Below, one piece after another: positions 8,680-17,233 of a stretch of DNA of 47,058 nucleotides (position 1 is the stretch's first letter; each line of letters begins with the position of its first letter). Where the stretch lies: positions 1 through 47,058 of IMG/VR virus record IMGVR_UViG_3300037212_000010. One strand, 5' to 3'. The notes below the pieces were generated by a model, which saw only the letters and a list, made by a program, of their open reading frames with translations, had not been told where the DNA came from and did no database searches. Both the position numbers and the translations under genes were made by a program. This DNA is from a virus. Taxonomy: Duplodnaviria; Caudoviricetes.

Positions 8680-8809
8680 CGTTTTCGCTGCGGCGCCGGG
8701 ATGACCTGGCGTCCGTGGCAACCTTCCGCCGGGCTGATGCCGCCCTTGCCCGGTGCTGCCCGGCGGAAGAAACCTCTTGTAATCCAAGAACCTCAATTGA
8801 AAGGACCCA

Positions 8810-8908
8810 ATGAAAAAGGCGCAGAAGAAAGCAGACAAATTTGGAGCTGGCGCGAATGTGGCCGTGGTAAAAGAGATCACGCAACCGATTCCTGGAGAAT
8901 CGGTGTGA
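8810..8908 (+). CDS. Possible 32-aa small protein
   Basis: GAAAGGA RBS, then MKKAQKKADKFGAGANVAVVKEITQPIPGESV*. Confidence 0.35.
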   Translation: MKKAQKKADKFGAGANVAVVKEITQPIPGESV

Positions 8909-8974
8909 CAGTTTAACGGCGCCGACTGCCGCAGAAGTCGGGGGACGCCTAGCCATCAACACGTCGGGCGTTCT

Positions 8975-9039
8975 GGGGATGTAGCTCAGTGGCAGAGCTT
9001 GAATCGTGTCTTGCGCGCGTTCGATTCGCGCCATCCCCA
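8975..9039 (+). tRNA. tRNA-like RNA/pseudo-tRNA with shortened anticodon arm
   Basis: Acceptor GGGGATG/CATCCCC plus A; D arm GCTC-AGTGGCA-GAGC; T arm GCGCG-TTCGATT-CGCGC; only 16 nt between D and T arms; no encoded CCA. Confidence 0.8.
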
Positions 9040-9064
9040 CGGACTCAATCAACAGGAGAGACCC

Positions 9065-9328
9065 ATGACCATCGAAGTGACAGTCGTCGAAACAGCCAAG
9101 CCCCGAGATCTATCGAGGGAGATGCTTGGACAGCGTTTCGGGCGTCTGACTGTTGTGGCAGCAGCGTCACCATCGCCGCGAGGGCTTCCGCGTCTCCAAT
9201 GCAGATGTGATTGCGGAAACACCACGATCGTTTGCCGAGTCAGCCTGCGGCGAGGTGATAGCGGTTCGTGTGGGTGCCAGCAAAGCACGGGAAGAACAAC
9301 TGGAGAAAATCAATGGAAGATAAAGTGA
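9065..9328 (+). pseudogene. Truncated homing-endonuclease N-terminal domain (GxRFGRL/CxCDCG type)
   Basis: AGGAG RBS; LGQRFGRLTVV...CRCDCGNTTIV...LRRGDSGSCGC, then the ORF ends with no nuclease domain. Confidence 0.6.
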
Positions 9329-10383
9329 AGCGTGTCAGGCCATCATCATTAGGGATGGCGAAGTGCTGTCCACGATCCCCGTGGCTCTCGGTCAAGTACC
9401 CGGCATCGCACGCCGTGACTCGATTTGGTAGCGCGGTCGACAAGCAGGTGTCCGTCGTCCTCTCGTGCATCGCAGTAAGTGACCTCGCCAACCTACCGAC
9501 CGAGGAAGACCTGCTCCCCGAGACGGGCAAGATCCTAGACTGGCTCGAGCGCAACTACCCGATCGAGCAGTGGACGTGGCACATCCAGGAAAAGGTCGAG
9601 CTCCACGATCCCGAGACAGGCGAGCTTCTCACCGCCGGCACGCCCGATCTGGTTTGCATTCACCGAACGGATCCCGTCTTCGTGGTGATTGACTGGAAAA
9701 AATCGGGTCAGATGTACACAGGGCACCTGCAGAAGCCAGACGAGAACGACCAACAGCTCGCCTACCTCGCTGCCACTTGGCTGTGCCTTGCGGCTGAGCG
9801 CAAGATTGAGCGTTCCAAGATCATCCTTGCGTGCTTCGACGACCGAGGCGTCACCCCGCTGGAGTCCGGGACGCCAGAGCAACCGTGGATCACCGAGGAC
9901 CGACTGACTGCCGTGGTCGAGTCGATTCGCGCCGTCCCGCCGGTTGACGTCGATGGACCGCAGCCGGAAGCCGAAGTTGGCGATCATTGCGGACATTGCT
10001 GGCAGCGCATGCATTGTTCGGAGCATCTGCTACCCATGGCCGTGGCGACACAAGCCGGCCTGCCTGCGCCCTTTGCCGAGTTCACCGGCGCAGAGATGAC
10101 CGTCGAGACGGTGGTCAAGGCGCTGTCCTGGCTGGAGGGCGCCAAGCGTGTGCTATCCGAGGCCAAGAAGATCGTCGAGCTCGTCGAAGGCAATGTGGAC
10201 TCGTTCGTCACGCAGAACGGTCCGGTCACCGTCGAGGCGATGACCTACGGGCCGGTGCTCGCGAAGGGCAAGCGGGCTGGGGCCACCGTCAAGACCTTGG
10301 AAGCCGAGGGCCTGACTCGCCTCATTCGCCAGGGCGACGACAAAGTGACGTGCAAGTGGTACAAGGCGCCGAAAAACGGCTGA
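9313..10383 (+). CDS. PD-(D/E)XK (Cas4/RecB-like) exonuclease
   Basis: RPSSL..AKCCP, QEKV, GTPDLV, VIDWKKSG, QQLAY and CGHCWQRMHC (Fe-S type Cys). Confidence 0.85.
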   Translation: MEDKVKRVRPSSLGMAKCCPRSPWLSVKYPASHAVTRFGSAVDKQVSVVLSCIAVSDLANLPTEEDLLPETGKILDWLERNYPIEQWTWHIQEKVELHDPETGELLTAGTPDLVCIHRTDPVFVVIDWKKSGQMYTGHLQKPDENDQQLAYLAATWLCLAAERKIERSKIILACFDDRGVTPLESGTPEQPWITEDRLTAVVESIRAVPPVDVDGPQPEAEVGDHCGHCWQRMHCSEHLLPMAVATQAGLPAPFAEFTGAEMTVETVVKALSWLEGAKRVLSEAKKIVELVEGNVDSFVTQNGPVTVEAMTYGPVLAKGKRAGATVKTLEAEGLTRLIRQGDDKVTCKWYKAPKNG

Positions 10384-10400
10384 GCGCGCACAACAATAAG
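10373..10400 (+). promoter_or_regulatory. Class-B promoter-like motif, copy 3
   Basis: AAAA cggctgagc GCGCAC AACAATAAG; ATG at 10409. Confidence 0.6.
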
Positions 10401-10408
10401 ACTGACCC

Positions 10409-12091
10409 ATGAAGATCATCGGACCCGACGGGAATACGATAACGCTCGAGCAGCTCGCACAATTGCGTCCGTTCGAGCAACCGACCATTACTACCGAGGA
10501 GACCAGACCAATGGCAAATGACCCGCAGATTGTTGTTACACGAATGAGGGCACTCAACTACCGAGGGCTGGCGAAGATCGACGTCCCGGTCGGTCCAGGT
10601 GGCGTGATCTTCATCGGCCAGAACGGGGAGGGCAAGACGACGGCGATCGACCTGCTTCCCGCCGCGCTCGAGGGCGTTGGCATCGGTCCCGAGTGCATCC
10701 GCCTCGGCGCCGACAAGACGGAAATCCTCATCGACATGGACAAGGTCGAGGAGAACCGGCGCACCAAGCTGGAAGCCAAGCGGACGATCTCGAAGGACGG
10801 CACCAAGATCGCGCTCACGGGTGGAGACGGCGTGCCGCTGCCCAAGGCCAAGGAACAACTCTCGGCGCTGTTCGGCGGGCGCGCGCTGGACCTGCTCAAG
10901 TTTCTGATGGCGAACGCCAAGGAGCAGCGAGCGATCGTGCTGGCGGCCCACCCGGTGAAGGTCACGGGCGAAGACTTGACCACCTGGACCGGCGAGGCAA
11001 AGGACTGGAACACCACCGGGCACGGCCACGAAGTGTTGGCGCGCGTCCGCCAGATGTACTTCGACCAGCGGACCAAGGCCGGGCAGGTTGCGGACCAAGC
11101 GAAGGCCGCAGCGCAGATCAAGGCGGGCGAAGCCGACAAGCTGAAGGTGGAGAACCCCGAGGCGATGACCCCGGATGCGGCCCGCACGCACGTGGCGGCA
11201 GCAGAGCGTGAGCTGGCGGTGCTGCGCGACCGGCGCCGGCAAGCGTCCGAGCGTGATGCGGCGGCCGAAGGTACGCGCGTGCGTGTGGCGGAGCTGCGGG
11301 CGCAGGCCGAAGAGCTGATGGGCAAGCCAGAGGCGACCTCGCCCGAGGACACCGCCATCGTCAAGGCCGACGGCTGGGTCTCGATGCTCACGACCCAGGT
11401 GCAGGAAATCGAGAAAACGCTTGCGGAGGCGCGCCGCCAACTCGACGAGAAGATCAAGGAGCGCGACGCGCTTCACGCCCGCGTTACGGAAGCTTCCGGC
11501 ATCATGGCCGACGTCGAGCGCATGATCGCCCAGGCCGCCGAGCTCGAGCAGTCCATCGCCCCCGTGGCCGGATCCGACCCACAGGACCTCGCCGAGCAAA
11601 TCACAGCGGCCGAGGGCTCGATGGAATCCGCCCAGGCGCTCGTCACCGCAGCGGAGTTGACCGGCAAGTGGCGCGCGGCCCAAGCGCAGGTAAAAGAGGC
11701 GGAGCTGTCCGAGGCTATCGCAAATACCGAATGGGAGCGCCTGAACAAGATCGTCGAGACCCTCACCAAGGTGGCCCCGGCCGAGATTGCGTCGCGGGCC
11801 GACCTCATTCCCGGCCTAGAGCTCACCGAGAAGGCAATCCTCCTTGACGGGAAGGACATCACCGTGCTCTGCGGAGCCGAGAAGATGCGGTTCGCGGTGT
11901 CGCTGGCCAAGCGGGTGGCCGGCGTGGCGAAGATCTTGCGGGTCGACGGCATGGAGGCGCTGGCACCAAAGGCACAGCCGGAGTTCGTGCGGATGTGCCT
12001 CGAAGGCGGTTGGATGCTGTTCGCCACGGTGGTGGCCGATGGCCCCATGGTTGTGATGGACTGCTACCAATTCGCCGGGATGGCGGCGTAA
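10409..12091 (+). CDS. SbcC/Rad50-like (SMC-type ABC) ATPase; alternative start 10511
   Basis: Walker A GQNGEGKTT, long coiled coil, signature-like LCGAE, Walker B ILRVDGME. Confidence 0.82.
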   Translation: MKIIGPDGNTITLEQLAQLRPFEQPTITTEETRPMANDPQIVVTRMRALNYRGLAKIDVPVGPGGVIFIGQNGEGKTTAIDLLPAALEGVGIGPECIRLGADKTEILIDMDKVEENRRTKLEAKRTISKDGTKIALTGGDGVPLPKAKEQLSALFGGRALDLLKFLMANAKEQRAIVLAAHPVKVTGEDLTTWTGEAKDWNTTGHGHEVLARVRQMYFDQRTKAGQVADQAKAAAQIKAGEADKLKVENPEAMTPDAARTHVAAAERELAVLRDRRRQASERDAAAEGTRVRVAELRAQAEELMGKPEATSPEDTAIVKADGWVSMLTTQVQEIEKTLAEARRQLDEKIKERDALHARVTEASGIMADVERMIAQAAELEQSIAPVAGSDPQDLAEQITAAEGSMESAQALVTAAELTGKWRAAQAQVKEAELSEAIANTEWERLNKIVETLTKVAPAEIASRADLIPGLELTEKAILLDGKDITVLCGAEKMRFAVSLAKRVAGVAKILRVDGMEALAPKAQPEFVRMCLEGGWMLFATVVADGPMVVMDCYQFAGMAA

Positions 12092-12169
12092 GAGTCACCT
12101 GCCTCGCGCGGTCGGATTGTCTCCGGCGCGAGGCCCTAATTCAGACCAACAGAATCGACAAGGAGACCC

Positions 12170-12415
12170 ATGTCCACCACTCAACCAATGATCCCGGTTC
12201 CCAAATCACTCGGCGGCGAACTAATGCCGACCTATCGGAATCTCCCGAAGCCAGGAGTCTGCAGGACACCGGGCTGCCAGGCCAAGGCCACGCGCAAGTG
12301 CGTCCACGTTCTCGACAACGGCAAGCCGTGCGGTATCGAGATTTGCGAGAAGCACGGAGACGGAAACCTTTGCATGCCACACCAGCGGCAGCTCGGCAAG
12401 AGGGCTGGTCGGTGA
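12170..12415 (+). CDS. Small Zn-finger protein
   Basis: AAGGAG RBS; CRTPGC...C...CGIEICEKH...CMPH. Confidence 0.6.
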   Translation: MSTTQPMIPVPKSLGGELMPTYRNLPKPGVCRTPGCQAKATRKCVHVLDNGKPCGIEICEKHGDGNLCMPHQRQLGKRAGR

Positions 12416-12777
12416 CGAGCACGTTCAAAGAGCGCGCTCTCCGGGTGATCAGCGGTGCGTTCGGTGGCGAGCACCACGTGTTTTCTCTCAAGTGGGCAGA
12501 GGACGGGCGATCGTGCAAGTTCCTAATCAACAGCGGATTCTCGACGTATGACTTCGCCGGCATGACCCAACTCGTGGTCCACTGCCATGACGAATGCGTA
12601 AGGGGAGAGATTTACAACGGAGGCCCGCGCCAGCTGCGCGTGATTCTCTCCATCCGAGAGAGGAAGAGTCGTCGCCCTGACACCGGCGCCCACCCGACGC
12701 TTGAACAACACGTCGAGCAAATCAGACGAGGCGGAAGCTACCAGCCGCTGTTTGAACAACTTCGGGAAGGGGAATAG
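12412..12777 (+). CDS. Conserved phage hypothetical protein
   Basis: GTGA-coupled; STYDF..MTQLVVHCHDECVR and HPTLE motifs. Confidence 0.65.
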   Translation: MTSTFKERALRVISGAFGGEHHVFSLKWAEDGRSCKFLINSGFSTYDFAGMTQLVVHCHDECVRGEIYNGGPRQLRVILSIRERKSRRPDTGAHPTLEQHVEQIRRGGSYQPLFEQLREGE

Positions 12778-12779
12778 CG

Positions 12780-12986
12780 GTGACTATCATCGACATGTGC
12801 AAGGCTTTTGACGAAGCCGAGAAGGCGTCGCGGACCCACCTTGTCACATCGGAACTGTGCCGGGCCGAACGTGTAGCGCGAGACCGGGTTAGCAAGGCGG
12901 TTCGAGAGTCAATGGCCGATGGGCGCACCCACGAGCTCGCCTACTTCGCCGCCTGGGCCATTATGCGAGGAGGGTTCACGCCGTGA
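12780..12986 (+). CDS. Hypothetical protein
   Basis: Purine-rich RBS; fits operon packing. Confidence 0.5.
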   Translation: MTIIDMCKAFDEAEKASRTHLVTSELCRAERVARDRVSKAVRESMADGRTHELAYFAAWAIMRGGFTP

Positions 12987-13078
12987 CCTGCCCCTATTGT
13001 GGCAAGCCGCAGGACCCGGCAGACGGCCACTGTGACACTTCGGGGTGCGGGAACCGAAAGGCCAAAGCTGGAACATGA
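12983..13078 (+). CDS. 31-aa Zn-ribbon micro-protein
   Basis: GGAGG RBS; GTGA and ATGA overlaps at both ends; VTCPYCGKPQDPADGHCDTSGCGNRKAKAGT. Confidence 0.5.
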   Translation: MTCPYCGKPQDPADGHCDTSGCGNRKAKAGT

Positions 13079-13491
13079 AGCGCACCGGCCTCCGCAGCTA
13101 CACTCGCCTCACCCGCTCGAAGCCCATGCGCCCCACCTTGAACTCTATGCGCTCAAGGTGGTCCCGTAAGAGCAAGACCTCACCCGAGGACCAGGACCGC
13201 CTCGACTGGCTGCACGGGAGACCATGCGCCGCGCCTGGGCACGAGCACTGCCGTCTACCCGTAGACGTCCACCACGACACCCAGAACCGAGCTCTCGGAA
13301 CGAAGTCGCCGCACTCCTGTGGAATCCCCATCTGCCACGTCGCGCACATGGGATTTCACAGCAACTCAGGCCCGTTCAAGGGCTGGAAGCGGGCGCAGCT
13401 GCGCGAGTGGCAGACCGCCCAGGTGGAGCGCTTCCAGGCGGCGTGGGGCCGGCGATGCCAGGAAACCGGAAACGGTTCTTTTCCTGCTTGA
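13075..13491 (+). CDS. DUF968/Ref-like HNH-fold protein
   Basis: LDWLHGRPC, DVHH, LGTK, IPICHVAH..FH; basic N-terminus. Confidence 0.65.
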   Translation: MKRTGLRSYTRLTRSKPMRPTLNSMRSRWSRKSKTSPEDQDRLDWLHGRPCAAPGHEHCRLPVDVHHDTQNRALGTKSPHSCGIPICHVAHMGFHSNSGPFKGWKRAQLREWQTAQVERFQAAWGRRCQETGNGSFPA

Positions 13492-13523
13492 CGTGATCCG
13501 CGCGAAGGCGCAAAGATGGTGAC

Positions 13524-13628
13524 GCTGAGATGAGTTCCAAAGTCGATCCACGTTTGAAGGCGGCCACCCTCCCCGGTGGAAGCTCGTCTCAGCAACTTGT
13601 CGAAGTTGGGTTGACGGGTGGTCGCCTT
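13524..13628 (+). ncRNA. Structured leader RNA upstream of the replication operon
   Basis: 13524-13539 pairs with 13577-13593; 13557-13569 pairs with 13616-13628; hairpin at 13593-13608. Confidence 0.45.
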
Positions 13629-13642
13629 GAGAGGTGGATTTG

Positions 13643-13987
13643 ATGGCATACGCCGATTTGCTGAAAGACCCAAGGTGGCAGAAAAAAAGGCTTGAGATCC
13701 TTCAAAACGTGTCGACCATCTATCGGGTTTCAGCGTACGCACAGGCGGTAGAGGCGCAGGTCAATCATGCGTCTGGCCAAGCGGTTCGGGTATACTCGCT
13801 CGATCATGCTCGTGGAATAACTGACGCGTTCACCGAGTATCAGCTCTACGAATTCTTCGTGACGATGGGTGACGTGATCAAGCGCCGCGAGGGACCCACC
13901 ATTGATGCCGCCTCTCTTGCTAAAGACGCAAGCGATGCGATGGATGCGGCTATGAAGAAGTGGGCTGCCACCGGATACCCGGAGTGA
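13643..13987 (+). CDS. Hypothetical protein; N-terminus of an HNH family without the HNH domain
   Basis: GAGGTGG RBS; MAYADLLKDPRWQKKRLEILQ is normally followed by CxxC/HNH, absent here. Confidence 0.55.
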   Translation: MAYADLLKDPRWQKKRLEILQNVSTIYRVSAYAQAVEAQVNHASGQAVRVYSLDHARGITDAFTEYQLYEFFVTMGDVIKRREGPTIDAASLAKDASDAMDAAMKKWAATGYPE

Positions 13988-13990
13988 CGA

Positions 13991-14911
13991 ATGGCCACCT
14001 ACGCCAAGGTCGACATCAGAATCTGGAACGATAAGAAGGTCATGAAGCTGACCCCGATCCAACCGTGTGGACAAGGGTTATGGATCCGCCTCCTGGTTTC
14101 GGAGCACCGTACATCCCTTCCGGGTGTGCTCAAGGTGGGCGAGGCAGCGCTCGCGGAGGAGTTTGGATGGTCTCCGGAAGACTTCCGCAAAGCCTTCGCA
14201 GAAGCATCTTCACTAGATCTCGTAAAGGCAGACTGGAAAGCTCGGTTCGTGTGGATTCCGAACGTCTGCGAGTACAACCAGCCAGAGTCTCCGAACGTCG
14301 TCAAGTCATGGAGAATTCCGTGGGATGAGGCTCCAGAATGCCCACTCAAAGATGAAGCATATTGGAGACTTAAAAGCTTCATCGAAGGGTTCGGCGAAGG
14401 GTTCCGTAAAGCATTCGCTAAGAGTTGCCCTGAGCCATCGCCTAATCAAGAGCAGGATCAGGAGCAAGATCAGGAACAGGAACATATCCCCCCCTCCGCG
14501 GGTGCGCAGGCGCGTAGCAACGTCAATGCCAAGTCGGCCAACGACTGGTACGCGCTGTTTTGCAAGAAGCAGTGGGAAAAGTTTGGCAGGCAGTACGGAC
14601 AGGGAGAATCGGACGCCAAGGCAACCGGTAAGCTTCACGACTTGCTCGAATCGCTTCCTCTCGACCAGCGCGCCGGGGACTGGATTAACCGCGAACGCAT
14701 CGTCGAAGAATTCCTTGCACGCTCCGAACCGAAGACCGTTTCTGCGGGATGGTCGTTCTCGTTCTTCGTGAACGACTTCCGTGGCCTCGCTATCCCTCCT
14801 GACAAGCGACCCGCCGCCGCCCGCGGCTCATCTGCACCTCACAATCTGCGCGTCGGACAAGCCCGCGCCGAGGACGCCGACCACTCCAAAACAGGAGACC
14901 TGAACATATGA
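13991..14911 (+). CDS. Phage replication initiator protein
   Basis: YAKVDIRIWND N-terminus, NQPESPNVVKSW, EQDQEQDQEQE linker; directly upstream of a DnaC-like gene. Confidence 0.75.
   Translation: MATYAKVDIRIWNDKKVMKLTPIQPCGQGLWIRLLVSEHRTSLPGVLKVGEAALAEEFGWSPEDFRKAFAEASSLDLVKADWKARFVWIPNVCEYNQPESPNVVKSWRIPWDEAPECPLKDEAYWRLKSFIEGFGEGFRKAFAKSCPEPSPNQEQDQEQDQEQEHIPPSAGAQARSNVNAKSANDWYALFCKKQWEKFGRQYGQGESDAKATGKLHDLLESLPLDQRAGDWINRERIVEEFLARSEPKTVSAGWSFSFFVNDFRGLAIPPDKRPAAARGSSAPHNLRVGQARAEDADHSKTGDLNI
14372..14443 (+). repeat. Degenerate 12-bp-period repeats inside the initiator (candidate iterons/ori)
   Basis: AAAAGCTTCATC/GAAGGGTTCGGC/GAAGGGTTCCGT/AAAGCATTCGCT/AAGAGTTGCCCT/GAGCCATCGCCT. Confidence 0.45.
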
Positions 14912-15549
14912 CCGACGAGAACGAAATTCCGAAGTGGAAGCGCGAACACGCGGCCGAGCTCGCAAAGGCGAAGCGGTTGCAGCTGGAGCGCATGAAGCTG
15001 CCGAGGGAGGCGCTCGAAAGCGCTAGGAACCAGACGCTCGCCATAGACGCAGTGTCGAGCCCGTTCACGCTGCTCGTGCTGAGCGGAAGCCCGGGGACCG
15101 GCAAGACGGTCGCGGCCGTGTCGTGGATCGCGGACTACGTCCTCGCGGACGAGAATTGGCCGGGACCAGGTAGCGAGCTCAGGATGCGCGGGATGCCGGT
15201 GTTCACGACGGCGGCCGGGCTTTCCCGGTGGGATCGGTACGAGCAAGCGACGATGAGCAAGCTGCTCTATTCGCCACGGCTCGTGATCGACGACCTGGGG
15301 GTCGAGTACCTTGACAAGAACGGGTTTCTGACGGCGCTGATCGACGAGGTGGTGAACGAGCGCTACTCCGGTCGACGGCCGCTGATCATGACCACGAACC
15401 TGGACGTCGAGGGATTCCGAGAGCGCTACGGGAACCGGGTGGCGGACAGGATTCGGCAGTCGGGGCGATTCGTGGGCTGCGGAAACGCGAGCATGCGAAA
15501 GCCGACGGCGACCCCGCTTCGGCACTGGTCAGAGGGTCGTGATGAGTAG
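14908..15549 (+). CDS. DnaC/IstB-like helicase loader ATPase
   Basis: GSPGTGKT, LVIDDLGVE, NERY..RRPLIMTTNL, RYGNRVADRI. Confidence 0.9.
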   Translation: MTDENEIPKWKREHAAELAKAKRLQLERMKLPREALESARNQTLAIDAVSSPFTLLVLSGSPGTGKTVAAVSWIADYVLADENWPGPGSELRMRGMPVFTTAAGLSRWDRYEQATMSKLLYSPRLVIDDLGVEYLDKNGFLTALIDEVVNERYSGRRPLIMTTNLDVEGFRERYGNRVADRIRQSGRFVGCGNASMRKPTATPLRHWSEGRDE

Positions 15550-16057
15550 CCCCATGAGGTACGAGGACTTGCGAGACGACGTGGAGCGCGACATCTGGCG
15601 CGAAGAGGTGGCTGCCCTGCGCGGGTTCGATGGTGCCGAAGGTTGGGCCGCCCACGCCATCGAGGTGCACCGACAGAGCTACGGCGTTCCGCTGGAGAAC
15701 GCGAAGATTCGTCGGCGAACGATGTCCGCGAAGCGAGGCTTTGCAGACGGGAGGGAGCTGCGCGCACTGGCATCCCGGTGTCTCCGAGCCGGACGGGTGG
15801 ACGTTGCGGTTCCGCCGCGGCACTCACGAATCAGGAACTGGAGGCTGCGAAGCGGGATGATCCGGGCCTACGCCATGACGGCGATGCAGATGCTCGTGGG
15901 CACGCCGCTCACGGCGATTACGCTGGGGCTAAGCGGCCAGGGCGTGCGCAACCGTAGCGTCTATCTGCGGACTGACCACCCGGCGGTGGCAGACAGGGTT
16001 CGGGCGTTCGTGGCGGCGGTGCAGGCGGAGCGTCTGCGGGAAGGGAAGGCGGCGTAA
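15542..16057 (+). CDS. Hypothetical protein (stop codon supplied by the IS end)
   Basis: Overlaps DnaC stop; ends EGKAA*. Confidence 0.55.
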   Translation: MSSPMRYEDLRDDVERDIWREEVAALRGFDGAEGWAAHAIEVHRQSYGVPLENAKIRRRTMSAKRGFADGRELRALASRCLRAGRVDVAVPPRHSRIRNWRLRSGMIRAYAMTAMQMLVGTPLTAITLGLSGQGVRNRSVYLRTDHPAVADRVRAFVAAVQAERLREGKAA

Positions 16058-16069
16058 ATGGACTGCCAG

Positions 16070-17197
16070 CTAAAGCAGGCAGCTTTGCCCCTGAGCGGAG
16101 ACAGACGAGCGATGCCCTCTATCACAATTGCCCGAGACGATAGGCGCACTTACGGTCGCCCTGCGTGCGATGTTGACCGCACCGACGTGGTCGGCATGGT
16201 CGACGAAGTCGCACGACTTGCAAGCAAACTCGGACTGGCTCTTGCGGTTGGCCTTGGCGATGTAGCCGCACGCGGGGCAAGTCCGAGAGGTGTTGCGAGG
16301 ATCCACGGCCACGAGCTTGACGCCTGCGATGGCGGCCTTGTAGCTGAGGAACGCGCGCAACTGAAAGAACGCCCATCCCGAGTGCATCGCCCGCTGGCAT
16401 TTTCTGACCGTTGCCCGTTCGCGGATGCCCGTCAAGTCTTCGACGGCGATTCCGCGTCCGGTGCCTTTGGCCTTTGCGACGATTTGTTTCGAGATGCAGT
16501 GGTTGGTGTGGGAACGGAAGCGGGCCTCCTTGCCCGAGAGTTTCTTGAGGTGGCGTTTCGCCGACTTGGTGCCGACGGGTTGGAGCATGCCGCGAAGACG
16601 TTGCTGGCGCTGACGTGTGGACTCGACGGCGGCGCCACTGTGGGCCTCGCCATCGGAGTCGACCGCGAGGTTTCGGATACCGAGGTCGACGCCGAGCCAG
16701 CCTTCTGGATCTATAGGCGAGCCGTCAGGGACCTCGACGGTCACGTAGAGAAACCACTTGCCCTTGCGAAGTACGAGGTCGGACTGGCCCCGCGCGCCTT
16801 CGAGGCGCGCCCGGTGGTACCCGCCGGCCACGTAGGGGACAAGAATTCGACCAGAGAGTGTCAGCAGCGAAACGCGATCCATCGCCTTGAAGCTCAAGAT
16901 GCGCTGGTCGTAGGCAATGGCACCGTGGGGCCTGAACGTGGGCTTGCGGGTACGGTCGCGCTTGTACGCCTCGACCACCTTGGAGATCGCCCGTACCGCC
17001 ATCTGCGAGGACAAGCCGAACCTCTCACGCAGATCGCGGTAGTAAAGACCCTGAAGCTTGAGCTTGTCGGCAGACTTCAACTCGAAGGCTCTATCCGCCA
17101 GCCATGCGCACGCCCCATTCACACGCTCAAGCGTCGCCAACAGAGCGGCGGCTTGCTCGGGCGTGGGCAGAAGCTTTGCGACGGCTACAAGTTTCAC
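16070..17197 (-). CDS. tnpB: RNA-guided endonuclease TnpB
   Basis: N-terminal KLLPTPEQ; RuvC-I GVDLG, RuvC-II IAVEDL, Zn finger CPACG...CKSC, RuvC-III HADHVGAVNI; D/E/D all present. Confidence 0.95.
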   Translation of the reverse strand: MKLVAVAKLLPTPEQAAALLATLERVNGACAWLADRAFELKSADKLKLQGLYYRDLRERFGLSSQMAVRAISKVVEAYKRDRTRKPTFRPHGAIAYDQRILSFKAMDRVSLLTLSGRILVPYVAGGYHRARLEGARGQSDLVLRKGKWFLYVTVEVPDGSPIDPEGWLGVDLGIRNLAVDSDGEAHSGAAVESTRQRQQRLRGMLQPVGTKSAKRHLKKLSGKEARFRSHTNHCISKQIVAKAKGTGRGIAVEDLTGIRERATVRKCQRAMHSGWAFFQLRAFLSYKAAIAGVKLVAVDPRNTSRTCPACGYIAKANRKSQSEFACKSCDFVDHADHVGAVNIARRATVSAPIVSGNCDRGHRSSVSAQGQSCLL

Positions 17198-17204
17198 TGC
17201 TTAG

Positions 17205-17233
17205 ATACTAGCAGTCTAAGGAAAGCGGGTCAA
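17205..17233 (-). promoter_or_regulatory. tnpB promoter (near-leaderless)
   Basis: - strand TTGACC, 17 bp, TAGTAT; predicted +1 at 17198, GTG start at 17197. Confidence 0.55.

Noticed and set aside
8975-9039. Functional tRNA-Ala, tmRNA end, or attP/attB site
   Set aside because: No anticodon stem, G3:C70 instead of G3:U70, intact D stem unlike tmRNA; no integrase or duplicated 3' end in the window
9313-10383. Cas4 as part of a CRISPR adaptation module
   Set aside because: No cas1/cas2 or array; context is a phage recombination module
14908-15549. IstB of an IS21 element
   Set aside because: No IstA transposase or terminal repeats; coupled to a replication initiator
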